Shown here piece by piece: positions 1-12,224 of a DNA stretch of 64,000 bases; the first letter of the stretch is position 1; each line of letters starts with the position of its first letter. The DNA is from Macrostomum lignano (lineage: Eukaryota). The stretch lies in assembly GCA_002269645.1 (NCBI GenBank), contig NIVC01000722.1, positions 157,963 through 221,962 of the forward strand, written 5' to 3'. The notes under the pieces are model-generated. The model was not told the DNA's origin. It was given only the letters and a program-made list of their open reading frames with translations, and did not search any database. A program made the translations under genes and the position numbers.

Positions 1-1290
1 GGATATCGGTGGGATCTGGTGGGAAGGGGCGGATATCGGTGGGATCTGGTGGGAAGGGGCGGATATCGGTGGGAGCGGGTAGGAAGGGGCGGGTATCGGT
101 GGGAGCGGGTGTGAATGGGGCGGATATCGGTGGGATCTGGTGGGAAGGGGCGGGTATCGGTGGGAGTGAGTGTGAAGGGGCGGATATCGGTGGGAGCGGG
201 TGTGAAGGGGCGGATATCGGTGGGAGTGAGTGTGAAGGGGCGGATATCGGTGTGGGAGCGGGTGGTAAGGGGGCGGATATCGGTGGGAGCGGGTGTGAAG
301 GGGCGGATACCGGTGTGGGAGCGGGTGGTAAGGGGTGGATATCGGTGGGAGCGGGTAGGAAGGGGCGGATATCGGTGGGAGCGGGTGTGAAGGGGCGGAT
401 ATCGGTGGGAGTGAGTGTGAAGGGGCGGATATCGGTGTGGAAGCGGATGTGAAGGGGGCGGATATCGGTGTGGGAGCGGGTGGTAAGGGGCGGATATCGG
501 TGATAGCTGGTGAGAAGGGGCGGATATCGGTGTGGAAGTGGGTGTGAATGGGGCGGATATCGGTGGGAGCGGATGTGAATGGGGCGGATATCGCTGGAAG
601 AGTGGCTACGAAGGGGCGGATATCGGTGGGGGAGTGGGTAGGAAGGGGCGGATATCGGTGTGGGAGCGGGTGGTAAGGGGCGGATATCGGTGATAGCTGG
701 TGAGAAGGGGCGGATATCGGTGTGGAAGTGGGTGTGAATGGGGCGGATATCGGTGGGAGCGGATGTGAATGGGGCGGATATCGCTGGAAGAGTGGGTACG
801 AAGGGGCGGATATCGGTGTGGGAGCGGGTGGTAAGGGGCGGACATCGGTGGGAGCGGGTGTGAAGGGGCGGATATCGGTGGGAGTGAGTGTGAAGGGGCG
901 GATATCGGTGGGAGTGAGTGTGAAGGGGCGGATATCGGTGTGGAAGCGGATGTGAAGGGGGCGGATATCGGTGTGGGAGCGGGTGGTAAGGGGCGGATAT
1001 CGGTGGGAGCGGGTAGGAAGGGGCGGATATCGGTGTGGGAGCAGGTGGGAAGGGGCGGATATCGGTGATAGCTGGTGAGAAGGGGCGGATATCGGTGTGG
1101 AAGTGGGTGTGAATGGGGCGGATATCGGTGGGAGCGGATGTGAATGGGGCGGATATCGCTGGAAGAGTGGGTACGAAGGGGCGGATATCGGTGGGGGAGT
1201 GGGTAGGAAGGGGCGGATATCGGTGGGTGAGCGGGTAGGAAGGGCGGATATCGGTGGCGGAATCGGTAGGAAGGGGCGGATATCGGTTGG
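1..1290. repeat. G-rich minisatellite, about 30-bp unit (GGGGCGGATATCGGTGGGAGCGGGTGTGAA)
   Basis: Invariant core GGGGCGGATATCGGT recurs about every 30 bp; runs off the window start. Confidence 0.97.
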
Positions 1291-1799
1291 AGCGGATGGA
1301 ACCAAGAGTTCACTGCTTAATCCAGGTGGGCCACAAAACAAAGAAATGCTAATTCGCAAACCGAGTTATTAAAACTTGACTTCGTGACCCAAGTTGTTCA
1401 ATTATTCCTATTGTCATTTTCACACATTTTCCACTTTGCTCAGTATTGCTGGATGCGCTAAAAATGCCCTCGAGCTTCACAGTTTGTCAACAAATAAATT
1501 CGAAAATGGAATCCCCGTTGCCAGGCTAGAGGGTGCCAACCCGAATGTTTTGACTCAACGGGCCCAGCGCTTATTAATCCAGTTATGGAACAAAAGCATG
1601 GGATTATAGAAGTATCTGAGACATATTGGCTGGTCCTGACTCCTCGTATAAACTCGTCCGGCCGTTGCCAGGCGCATCATTTTCGAGTAAAGGTGACTGG
1701 ATGACTAATTAGATAAGGCCCATTGTTTCTCTAAGTTGGATTACGAGTTAAAAAACATAATTTTCATAATTTCAATGTAAATATTTATTACGACATGAA

Positions 1800-2610
1800 A
1801 GGAAGAGAAGAGAGGAGAGAGGAACGAGGAGATCAGAGAGGAGAGGAGAGAGGAGAAAAGAGAGAAGAGGAGAGGAGAGGAGAGGAGAGGAGAGGAGAGG
1901 AGAGGAGAGGAGAGGAGAGGAGAGGAGAGGAGAGGAGAGGAGAGGAGAGGAGAGGAGAGGAGAGGAGAGGAGAGGAGAGGAGAGGAGAGGAGAGGAGAGG
2001 AGAGGAGAGGAGAGGAGAGGAGAGGAGAGGAGAGGAGAGGAGAGGAGAGGAGAGGAGAGGAGAGGAGAGGAGAGGAGAGGAGAGGAGAGGAGAGGAGAGG
2101 AGAGGAGAGGAGAGGAGAGGAGAGAGGAGAGGAGAGGAGAGGAGAGGAGAGGAGAGGAGAGGAGAGGAGAGGAGAGGAGAGGAGAGGAGAGGAGAGGAGA
2201 GGAGAGGAGAGGAGAGGAGAGGAGAGGAGAGGAGAGGAGAGGAGAGGAGAGGAGAGGAGAGGAGAGGAGAGGAGAGGAGAGGAGAGGAGAGGAGAGGAGA
2301 GGAGAGGAGAGAGAGAGGAGAGGAGAGGAGAGGAGAGGAGAGGAGAGGAGAGGAGAGGAGAGGAGAGGAGAGGAGAGGAGAGGAGAGGAGAGGAGAGGAG
2401 AGGAGAGGAGAGGAGAGGAGAGGAGAGAGGATAGGAGAGGAGAGGAGAGGAGAGGAGAGGAGAGGAGAGGAGAGGAGAGGATGGAGCAGAGGGGAGAGAA
2501 GAAGGGAGAAGAGAGGAGAGGATGGATCAGAGGGGAGAGAAGAAGGGAGAAGAGAGGAGAGGATGGATCAGAGGGGAGAGAAGAAGGGAGATATAGAGAG
2601 AAGAGAGCTG
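1800..2610. repeat. (GGAGA)n pentanucleotide microsatellite with degenerate purine-rich flanks
   Basis: Near-perfect AGAGG repeat at about 1865-2480. Confidence 0.98.
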
Positions 2611-3127
2611 AGAAGTGACAACGCGGGTTTGCTATTGCGAAGTTTCAAAGGCCAGAGCTTGCAGACCCCAAATTGAGTTGAATTCAGTGGCCTGGGGTGT
2701 GGGTGTGTTCGCTCGCAAAAAGACCAATACATACAAACTAAAACTCTGAATGCTTCATGTAGAATATCTCCTCTCTCTTAGGTTGATAGAATGCACAATT
2801 GCATAAGTTGGCACACAATAAAACACAAAATGTCCACACTAAAAAAACTTGACTTAGCATTAATACAGAACAAAGACTTGCATATCATATATTTATAGAA
2901 TATTACTATAGATTAGGCATGCAATCACCCGTGAGAGATACGACCCCCGGGTGAAGTGGCTGGGAACTGGGACCTCGGACTTCTGGGGGCCGACAAAAGC
3001 TTTGACCTGTCCCGTCTGAGGGATGACGGAGCTGAGAGAGAGGAAAACAGGAAAGGTGGGGAAACTGACTGTCATGGACTGCCAACAAGGTTACGCTTTC
3101 CTCTGGACTGGAGGCGAACCTTTTTAG

Positions 3128-3413
3128 CACCCGAATTGGCGCCCCTCAGCACCCGAATTGGCGCCCCTCAGCACCCGAATTGGCGCCCCTCAGCACCCGA
3201 ATTGGCGCCCCTCAGCACCCGAATTGGCGCCCCTCAGCACCCGAATTGGCGCCCCTCAGCACCCGAATTGGCGCCCCTCAGCACCCGAATTGGCGCCCCT
3301 CAGCACCCGAATTGGCGCCCCTCAGCACCCGAATTGGCGCCCCTCAGCAACCGAATTGGCGCCCCTCAGCACCCGAATTGGCGCCCCTCAGCACCCGAAT
3401 TGGCGCCCCTCAG
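3128..3413. repeat. 22-bp minisatellite (CAGCACCCGAATTGGCGCCCCT), about 13 copies
   Basis: Near-identical tandem units; 22-aa period in the spurious ORFs. Confidence 0.97.
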
Positions 3414-3829
3414 CTTGAATTTACTTGAATTTGTTTAAGTTCTGCAATGCGTCGTAAATTAAATTTGCCAGTCCTTATCTCCAGTCCGGCTTTGCTTAAC
3501 GCTTTTAGCAGTCCATGGATTGACTGCGAGAGCTCTCTGAGAACGATCGATATCTTGTACGTACGTCCGCGTATGGCGCCACTTTCTGTCATTTCCTATG
3601 AGTTATGAGTGCTCGGTGCTTTCTCAGTTCTCCGCGCCAACATCTGGAAAATCTGGAAATTTCTTACCGTTAAATTAAAATAACTAAATGAAGCAAATCT
3701 TTTGAAGAGGCCGAATTTGTGTAAATTTTCTTACAAGCCACTGGCTTCTCTGGTTGGAGTTGGGGGGTTTTAAAAAGTTTGAAAGATCTGACGATGATAT
3801 CAAACATAATCCATTTTGTGCTTTCAAGT

Positions 3830-4465
3830 GCGCGCTTATGCCAGTTTGCGCTTATTTCAGTTTGTGCTTATGCCAGTTTGCGCTTATCCCAGTTTGCGCT
3901 TATCCCAGTTTGCGCTTATCCCAGTTTGCGCTAATGCCAGTTTGCGCTTATGCCAGTTTGCGCTTATGCCAGTTTGCGCTTATGCCAGTTTACGCATATG
4001 CCAGTTTGCGCTTATCCCAGTTTGCGCTTATGCCAGTTTGCGCTTATCCCAGTTTGCGCTTATGTCAGTTTGCGCTTATCCTAGTTTGTGCTTATGCCAG
4101 TTTGCGCTTATGCCAGTTTGCGCTTATCCCAGTTTGCGCTTATGCCAGTTTGCGCTTATCCCAGTTTGCGCTTATCCCAGTTTACGCATATGCCAGTTTG
4201 CGCTTATCCCAGTTTGCGCTTATCCCAGTTTGCGCTTATGCCAGTTTGCACTTATCCCAGTTTGCGCTTATGCCAGTTTGCGCTTATCCCAGTTTGCGCT
4301 TATGCCAGTTTGCGCTTATCCCAGTTTGCGCTTATCCCAGTTTGCGCTTATCCCAGTTTGCGCTTATGCCAGTTTGCGCTTATGCCAGTTTACGCTTATG
4401 CCAGTTTGGGCTTATGCAGGTTTGGGCTTATGCCAGTTTGGGCTTATTCCAGTTTGCGCTTATGC
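3830..4465. repeat. 16-bp minisatellite (GCCAGTTTGCGCTTAT / CCCAGTTTGCGCTTAT)
   Basis: Direct tandem units visible in the sequence. Confidence 0.97.
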
Positions 4466-5004
4466 CGCTGAACCGAACGAAAATAATTTATCCACAGCTG
4501 CATGGGAAGGAATGCCAAACTGCTGGCTTACAATATGAACTACATCTATATGGTTTATAGTTTATACAATTTAAACAAACTCTTATTCAAGACAAGCGAA
4601 GCTAAGAAATCTATTTTAGTTCAAACATGAGTTACACCAGCTGCGGATAATGATGAACATTTGATGAAGTTAAGTTAAGAAAGGAGTCTGATGAGCTAGT
4701 GGCGGCTGTCAAAGTTGACAATCCAACTCATTTGACAACTGCCATCGCACCTGGTGTGTGAACTTTGTCAAGAAATTTGTCATCAGTCGCATTTTATGGC
4801 ATTTTTGTGGAACGCTACTTCATTCATACATTTGTTCGCTTAGCATATCTTTGAAACAGTCACTTATTTGGAGAATTTCACTGGGGAATCAGGTCGCAAT
4901 TGTAAGTTCAATAGAATAGAAAGCGCATTTGTAGTAGCATTCTGGTACTGGAGGGGGGTCCTGACTAATTTGGGAGACCAGGTCATGAGGGTCCTTCAAC
5001 CTCA

Positions 5005-6835
5005 GATCTTGGGTCATTCAGCATCAGATCATGGGGTCATTCAGCCTCAGATCATGGGTCATTCAGCCTCAGATCATGGGGTCATTCAGCCTCAGATCAT
5101 GGGGTCATTCAGCCTCAGATCATGGGTCATTCAGCCTCAGATCATGGGGTCATTCAGCCTCAGATCATGGGTCATTGAACCTCAGATCATGGGGTCATTC
5201 AGCCTCAGATCATGGGGTCATTCAGCTTCAGATCATGGGGTCATTCAGCCTCAGATGATGGGGTCATTCAGGCTAAGATCATGGGGTCATTCAGCCTCAG
5301 ATCATGGGGTCATTCAGCCTCAGATCATGGGGTCATTCAGCCTTAGATCATAGATCATTCAGCCACAGTTCATGGGTCATTCAGCCTCAGATGATGGGGT
5401 CATTCAGCCTCAGATCATGGGTCATTCAGCCTCAGATCATGGGGTCATTCAGCCTCAGATCATGGGGTCATTCAGCCTCAGATCATGGGTCATTCAGCCT
5501 CAGATCATGGGGTCATTCAGCCTCAGATCATGGCTCATTCAGCTTCAGATCATGGGGTCATTCAGCCTCAGATGATGGGGTCATTCAGGCTAAGATCATG
5601 GGGTCATTCAGCCTCAGATCATGGGGTCATTCAGCCTCAGATCATGGGGTCATTCAGCCTTAGATCATAGATCATTCAGCCACAGTTCATGGGTCATTCA
5701 GCCTCAGATGATGGGGTCATTCAGCCTCAGATCATGGGTCATTCAGCCTCAGATCATGGGGTCATTCAGCCTCAGATCATGGGGTCATTCAGCCTCAGAT
5801 CATGGGTCATTCAGCCTCAGATCATGGGGTCATTCAGCCTCAGATCATGGGTCATTCAGCCTCAGATCATGGGTCATTCAGCCTCAGATCATGGGTCATT
5901 CAGCCTCAGATCATGGGTCATTCAACCTCAGATCATGGGGTCATTCAGCCTCAGATCATAGGTCATTCAACCTCAGATCATGGGGTCATTCAGCCTCAGA
6001 TCATGGAGTCATTCAACCTCAGATCATGGGTCATTCAGCCTCAGATGATGGGGTCATTCAACCTCAGATCATGGCTCATTCAGCCTCAGATCATGGGGTC
6101 ATTCAGCCTCAGATCATGGGGTCATTCAGCCTCAGATCATGGGGTCATTCAGCCTCAGATCATGGGGTCATTCAGCCTCAGATCATGGCTCATTCAACCT
6201 CAGATCATGGGTCATTCAGCCTCAGATCATGGGTCATTCAGCCTCAGATCATGGGTCATTCAACCTCAGATCATGGGTCATTCAGCCTCAGATCATGGGG
6301 TCATTCAACCTCAGATCATGGCTCATTCAGCCTCAGATCATGGGGTCATTCAGCCTCAGATCATGGAGTCATTCAACCTCAGATCATGGGTCATTCAACC
6401 TCAGATCATGGAGTCATTCAACCTCAGATCATGGGTCATTCAACCTCAGATCATGGGGTCATTCAGCCTCAGATCATGGGGTCATTCAGCCTCAGATCAT
6501 GGAGTCATTCAACCTCAGATCATGGGTCATTCAACCTCAGATCATGGAGTCATTCAACCTCAGATCATGGGGTCATTCAGCTTCAGATCATGGGGTCATT
6601 CAACCTCAGATCATGGGGTCATTCAGCCTCAGATCATGGGGTCATTCAACCTCAGATCATGGGTCATTCAGCCTCAGATCAGATCATGGGATCATTCAGC
6701 CTCAGATCATGGAGTCATTCAACCTCAGATCATGGGTCATTCAACCTCAGATCATGGAGTCATTCAACCTCAGATCATGGGGTCATTCAGCTTCAGATCA
6801 TGGGTCATTCGGCCTCGGATCATGGGGTCATTCAG
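5005..6835. repeat. 22/23-bp minisatellite (TCATTCAGCCTCAGATCATGGG[G])
   Basis: About 80 tandem units with a variable G-run. Confidence 0.97.
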
Positions 6836-7129
6836 CCGGTAGACTGGACTAAAAGAACCGAGGCAATTTCCGTTAGAACTCAAACCAATTCACATTAAAA
6901 TAGTTAAGTTTGAAACCGGATCTTGCACAATCCCACTTGAGCCACGGGGATCACACAATTAGAGTTAATGTAATCATTATCAGAGGATGCCACGCCCTTG
7001 GCATGAGCAATCAGCTGATTCAATGCTCAGAGGACACGGCCGAGTGACCTCCAATTGCTCAGCAACTTGGCCTAGGAGAAGTTCTATTCCAATAATTGTT
7101 TAGAACCGGTCTCTCAGCGGAAATAGGGG

Positions 7130-7335
7130 AACCCAATTGGGTGGGCAGCCGCCCCCCCCCCATCAAACTCCACACAGCAACCCAATGAGGCAGCCGGGCA
7201 GTCACGAGGCGGAGGCGTGCCGCAGTGCCGCCATGCAGTTCCGCTCGAGGTCCCGTGCCGAGCCGAGCGCAGACCATTGGTCGCGAGCCGGCCCGGCGGG
7301 GAGGCGGCTGGCGGCGGGCGGCAGCTTATAACCCC
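7130..7335 (+). promoter_or_regulatory. Putative proximal promoter of the HES gene
   Basis: CCAAT motifs, GC-rich tract, N-box CACGAG at 7203-7208 (known HES autorepression motif), TATA-like TTATAA at about 7326-7331, roughly 100 bp upstream of the ATG. Confidence 0.5.
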
Positions 7336-7432
7336 GGAGGCCGCCCCGCGCTCCATCAAGAAGCCTCGATTCTGCTTCCTTATTTCCTCAAGTTAAGCAT
7401 CAAGTCAAGTATTACCTACCCGACATAGGAGC

Positions 7433-7894
7433 ATGGAGCAGAGACGACTCAGCAAGCAGGTGATGGAGCGACAGAGACGGGCCAGGATCAATGCCAGCTT
7501 GAACAGGCTCAAGGAGCTGCTGCAGTTGAACAGGCGGGTGGACCCCGACCGGCTGCAGCGGCTGGAGAAGGCCGACATCCTTGAGCTGACTGTCGCCCTG
7601 TTGCAGCAGAGGAATCCGCAGCAGCAGCAGCAGCTGGGATACTCGATGACGATGCCGGCCTCCAGCACTTCGACCGCCGCCGCCACCGCCGCCGCCGCCG
7701 CCACCACTGTCAAGCCGAAGAAGTCTTTGTCCTCGACATCGTCGACAGTGGACTCCGGCTCCGACGAGGACTCCTGGCAGTCGGGAGGCGCCGTCTTCAA
7801 CTCGAGGCTCGAGCAGCAGCAGCAGCAGCGACATCCTCTTGCGTCGCTAGAGAACCACCAGCCAACGGATCAGACAGTCTGGCGTCCTTGGTAA
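7433..7894 (+). CDS. HES: Hairy/Enhancer-of-split family bHLH repressor, single coding exon, 153 aa
   Basis: MERQRRARINASLNRLKELL...LEKADILELTV bHLH and terminal WRPW-stop (Groucho/TLE motif); AATAAA at 8062-8067. Family-level call only. Confidence 0.93.
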   Translation: MEQRRLSKQVMERQRRARINASLNRLKELLQLNRRVDPDRLQRLEKADILELTVALLQQRNPQQQQQLGYSMTMPASSTSTAAATAAAAATTVKPKKSLSSTSSTVDSGSDEDSWQSGGAVFNSRLEQQQQQRHPLASLENHQPTDQTVWRPW

Positions 7895-9204
7895 CGCCAT
7901 GGCAACCGAGCGATGAAGGACTTAGCAGAAAATCAAAAACTTTTATATCCGAATGCTTCGTTCGGGTTTCCACCTGACTTCTTCAATCTTTCAATACCAA
8001 TAAGCCGTGCCTTTGCAGCCAGCCCTCTCGCATAAAATGGTGTTCCAGCACGTTTGAATTCAATAAATTTGTGCAGCCTGTAGTGTTATGGTAGCTTTTA
8101 ATCACTTGATTTATGATCAGTGCAATGCAATATCATGCAATATTCAATATATACAATATATTTTACTTATTTGTGCAAATCTAATATGCAGTTGATGCAG
8201 TTAATGCTATATGCGCCTTGTCATACTCAATCTTATAATATAGCGCAAAAATATACTATTATTAATATTTTCAAATTATTCTTTCAATCAATAAATACTA
8301 TAAATCCATTAATTTTCATATTTATTTCATTAATATGTTTGAAATGGTTAAATAGACGTTAGACCATTACGAAATAAATCATATCACACTGTTGTAGCTT
8401 TCACAAAACTTATGCATACATTTTTAACGTTGCACTACTCAATGCAATATTCAGTAGTATATCACAGCTGTTTTGGCCATGCTATTGCAATGATTCAATA
8501 AAAATATACTAATTACACACTATAAATTGAAGTGCAAAATTTCAAACGATGTTAGAAAAATCTTCATTAACTCATTTTAAATCTTACCTGGCTATTTTTG
8601 TTCAAGCATCCATTCAGCTGATAGTTGCCATGGCGTTGCCACGGTCTAAGCTGATCTTTATATCCATGTAGTGATGACGCAAGCATTGAAATCGTTATCC
8701 TATTTCACACCTGGATCGATTTTTTGACCCACGCGCGAGCCAGGTGGGATAAGTAAGTTGAGGAGACGGGAGGGGGCTTAAGCCAACCAGCCATGAAAAC
8801 CCCTGCGGTGGCCGGCACTGGACACGAGCGAGAGAGCGAGAGAGGGCCTAATTTCACACCTTGCTAAGCTCGTAAGAGTCAATTGTTGCGAGGGCCAGAG
8901 GCTTATGGAGTGAGAATCTCTTTAGCGCTGGGTTCATCTTAATATGGCATGCCTAACAATAGCATTTGGTTTTTGCATTGTCGCCAGGGCAATGGTCTCA
9001 CTGTCTGTACTGCGGCTCAATGGGCCGCTTTGTCGTTTATTGCGCAATCTTTATCTAATCTGATTAGCCAGGCGAATCGTTTGAAGCTTTGTAAGGCAAG
9101 AAGACCAGCTACGATTTCGATCTGGCTTTTAAACGCTTTTTTTTGAAAGTTTAAAAAGTTCTGATGAATCAAATTTACAGTGCGCATGTATGTTGCTATG
9201 CCAG

Positions 9205-10150
9205 ACTTGATAGTGGCGCCTCTCAGATATGATTAGTGGCGCCTCTCAGACTTGATAAGTGGCGCCTCTCAGCTTTGATAGTGTGGCGCCCCTCAGACTT
9301 GGTAGTGGCGCGTCTCAGATTTGACAAGTGGCGCCTCTCAGCTTTGATAGTGGCGCCCCTCAGACTTGATAGTGGCGCCCCTCAGACTTGAAAGTGGCGC
9401 CTCAGACTTAATACTGTAGGTGGCGCCTCTCAGCTTTGATAGTGTGGCGCCCCTCAGACTTGGTAGTGGCACGTCTCAGATTTGACAAGTGGCGCCTCTC
9501 AGCTTTGATAGTGGTGCCTCTCAGACTTGATAAGTGGCGCCTCTCAGGTTTGATAGTGACGCCTCTCAGACTAGATTAGTGGCGCCTCTCAGACTTCATA
9601 CGTGGCACCTCTCAGAGTTGATTAGTGGCGCCTCTCAGATTTGATAGTGCTCTCAGATATGATTAGTGGCGCCTCTCAGACTTGATAAGTGGCGCCTCTC
9701 AGCTTTGATAGTGTGGCGCCCCTCAGACTTGGTAGTGGCGCGTCTCAGATTTGACAAGTGGCGCCTCTCAGCTTTGATAGTCACGCCCCTCAAACTTAAT
9801 ACTGTAGGTGGCGCCTCTCAGCTTTGATAGTGTGGCGCCGCTCAGACTTGGTAGTGGCACGTCTCAGATTTGACAAGTGACGCCTCTCAGCTTTGATAGT
9901 GGTGCCTCTGAGACTTGATAAGTGGCGCCTCTCAGACTTGATAGTGACGCCTCTCAGACTTAATACGTGGCGCCTCTCAGATTTGATCAGTGGCGCCTCT
10001 TAGATTTGATTAGTGGCGCCTCTCAGATTGGATAGTGGCGCCTCAGCTTTGATAGTGGCGCCTCTCAGATTTGATTTGTGGCGCCTCTCAGTTTTGATAG
10101 TGACGCCCAACAGCCACGAACTTGGCATCTCTCAAACTTGATGGTGGCGC
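9205..10150. repeat. 22/23-bp minisatellite (GTGGCGCCTCTCAG[A/C]TTTGATA) with higher-order blocks
   Basis: Tandem units; the block at about 9225-9340 recurs at about 9650-9770. Confidence 0.95.
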
Positions 10151-10754
10151 CACAAAACTGTTTAAATTGACTTCCCAGTTTTGCTAAGAACAATTCGGAA
10201 TGGTAAAACAAAAGAAAAAAGACAAAAATTAAGCATGAAAATTTGCGTTTCACTTTTAGCGCCAAAATTTAACAAATTAAAAACATGAGAAAATCCTATT
10301 TTACTACTCATTATGCTACTAACAGTAGAGTAAAAAGTTTTTTTCACAGCCAAATTTTGTTTACTTGAAAAGAAAACTTTATAATCCCAAACATGGCCAA
10401 AGTAACAAAGGAAAATGCACGGGATTTTTGGATGGATAAAAGAAATTAGCTAAAACTGGGGGAGTGGCGTTCAGTATTTACAGTTCGGAACTCTGGATAA
10501 TGAAATTACAAAGTCAAGCATTTCCTAGCTAATTTCATAGAACTCTTACGAGTACACAATAACTTTATACAACACAGCATTTTGATTTGGAGAACAATAT
10601 AAATTCAATCAAATATTTAACAGACCGATTGACCAACAATGCGACAGCTGTTGCTAATGCAGAGTAGCTAATAGCATCTTCATACCCGGACAGTCTGTCA
10701 CTCATTGGTCATTGTCACCCCGTCGGTCATTTAGTCCGCTACTCATGGGTCGCT

Positions 10755-10910
10755 TGATTTGTCACACCACGGCTGTTTAATCTGTCACTTCAAGGTCACT
10801 TGGTCTGTCACTCTACGGTTATTTGATCTGTCACTCCACGGTTATTTAATCTGTCACTCTAACGGTCATTTGATCTGTCACTCCACGGTTATTTAATCTG
10901 TCACTCCTCC
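10755..10910. repeat. Short 23-bp tandem repeat (TCTGTCACTCCACGGTTATTTAA)
   Basis: About 6 imperfect copies. Confidence 0.8.
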
Positions 10911-10993
10911 TTCATCCAGCCTGTCACCCATCGTCCATGCAGTCTGTCCCTCCTCAGCCATTATGTCTGTCACTCCCCCCCAAAAAAAACCGG

Positions 10994-11389
10994 TCAGTGA
11001 GGCTGCTGCTGCTGCTGCTGCTCATACTTGAACACGGTGGACACCTGGTCCTTCCTGTACCGCTCCAGCGGCCCAGCCTGGCGCCGCAGCAGCTCCTTAG
11101 CGTAGTCATTGCCAATCAGGCCGGCCTGCCGCAGGGCGCCCTCCAGCCGGACCCTCGGATCGGCCAGAATCTGCTTGTCGGTGAAAGTCGTCGCAGTCGG
11201 ACCCGGCGCGTGAACTGGCAGCGGCTCGTCAGCTTCTTCGTCTGCCGAGGACTGGCCGCGCCTGCGGTGCTGGTGCAGCTTGGAGGCGGCGGTGTCCCCG
11301 GTGGCCCGCTCGATGTCCGGCAGGACGCGCGGCCTGACAAGTTCGCGCAGGTGCTCCAGCCGCTCCTCGCGCTGCACACCAGCTTCGGC
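10994..11389 (-). CDS. CCDC148: CCDC148 coding exon 5 (terminal)
   Basis: TFTDKQILADPRVRLEGALRQAGL..YAKELL...RKDQVSTVFK matches the recalled CCDC148 C-terminus; acceptor cccccag|GCC, phase 0; TGA at 10996-10994. Confidence 0.9.
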   Translation of the reverse strand, partial: AEAGVQREERLEHLRELVRPRVLPDIERATGDTAASKLHQHRRRGQSSADEEADEPLPVHAPGPTATTFTDKQILADPRVRLEGALRQAGLIGNDYAKELLRRQAGPLERYRKDQVSTVFKYEQQQQQQPH

Positions 11390-11414
11390 CTGGGGGGCGG
11401 ATGAGACTTTATCT

Positions 11415-11780
11415 ACTTCTAAATCGAATTCTCCAATCTACTTCTCACTCGAATTCTCCAATCTACTTCTCACTCGAATTCTCCAATCTACTTCTCACTC
11501 GAATTCTCCAATCTACTTCTCACTCGAATTCTCCAGTCTACTTCTCACCTGAATTCTCCAATCTACTTCTCACTCGAATTCTCCAGTCTACTTCTCACCT
11601 GAATTCTCCAATCTACTTCTCACTCGAATTCTCCAATCTACTTCTCACCTGAATTCTCCAATCTACTTCTCAATCGCATTTTCCAGTCTACTTCTCACTC
11701 GAATTCTCCAATCTACTTCTAAATCAAATTCTCTAATCTACTTCTCACTCGAATTCTCTAATCTACTTCGTACCTGAGTT
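11415..11780. repeat. 25-bp intronic minisatellite (CTCCAATCTACTTCTCACTCGAATT)
   Basis: Fills CCDC148 intron 4. Confidence 0.96.
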
Positions 11781-11834
11781 CTCCACTCTACTGCCTTTAT
11801 TCTATACTTCTTTATCTGCTTCTACTAGTCTTAC

Positions 11835-12208
11835 CAGCTGCTCAGTTCGCATCCTCTCAGCCTCCATCCGCTTGCTCCGCTCCTCTCGCCGGTAGCCGAT
11901 CCGCTGGGCGTCCCGCTCCGCCTGCTCACGCAGCTGCCGCTTCAGCTGCTCCAGCCTGGCCTCCTCGCGGGCAGCCGCCTCGCTGCGCAGCCGCTCCTTC
12001 TCCTGCTGGTAGGTCGACAGTTGCCTCCGCTGCTGCTGCCGCTGCCGCTCCTCCCGCTCGGCCTCCTGGCGCTCCCGCTCCTCCAGCTCTTGCCGGCGCC
12101 GCTCCTCGGCGCGCAACTCCAACTGGGCCTCTTCCTCTTTCTGTTGGCGCCAGACGCGCAACTTTTCGGATAAAACGGCGCGCAAAGCGTCGCGCTTGTC
12201 TCGCTCGC
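11835..12208 (-). CDS. CCDC148: CCDC148 coding exon 4 (coiled coil)
   Basis: LSEKLRVWRQQKEEEAQLE...; acceptor cctcag|GC (phase 1), donor CTG|gtaag (phase 0). Confidence 0.88.
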
Positions 12209-12224
12209 CTGAGGGGTAATTAGC

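Noticed and set aside
2917-3056. Possible plus-strand exon (HAITRERYDPRVKW... / ...WDLGLLGADKSFDLSRLRD)
   Set aside because: GC-rich with an acceptor and a donor, but no single open frame between them and no recognisable homology; needs RNA-seq or blastx
9-6898. Long ORFs in the track (for example 1795-2676, 3754-4560, 5621-6898, also 47360-48448)
   Set aside because: They are translations of micro- and minisatellites open in several frames
7000-9200. Su(H)/CSL paired site for Notch control of HES
   Set aside because: Only one partial match (GTGAGAA at about 8910); no paired site
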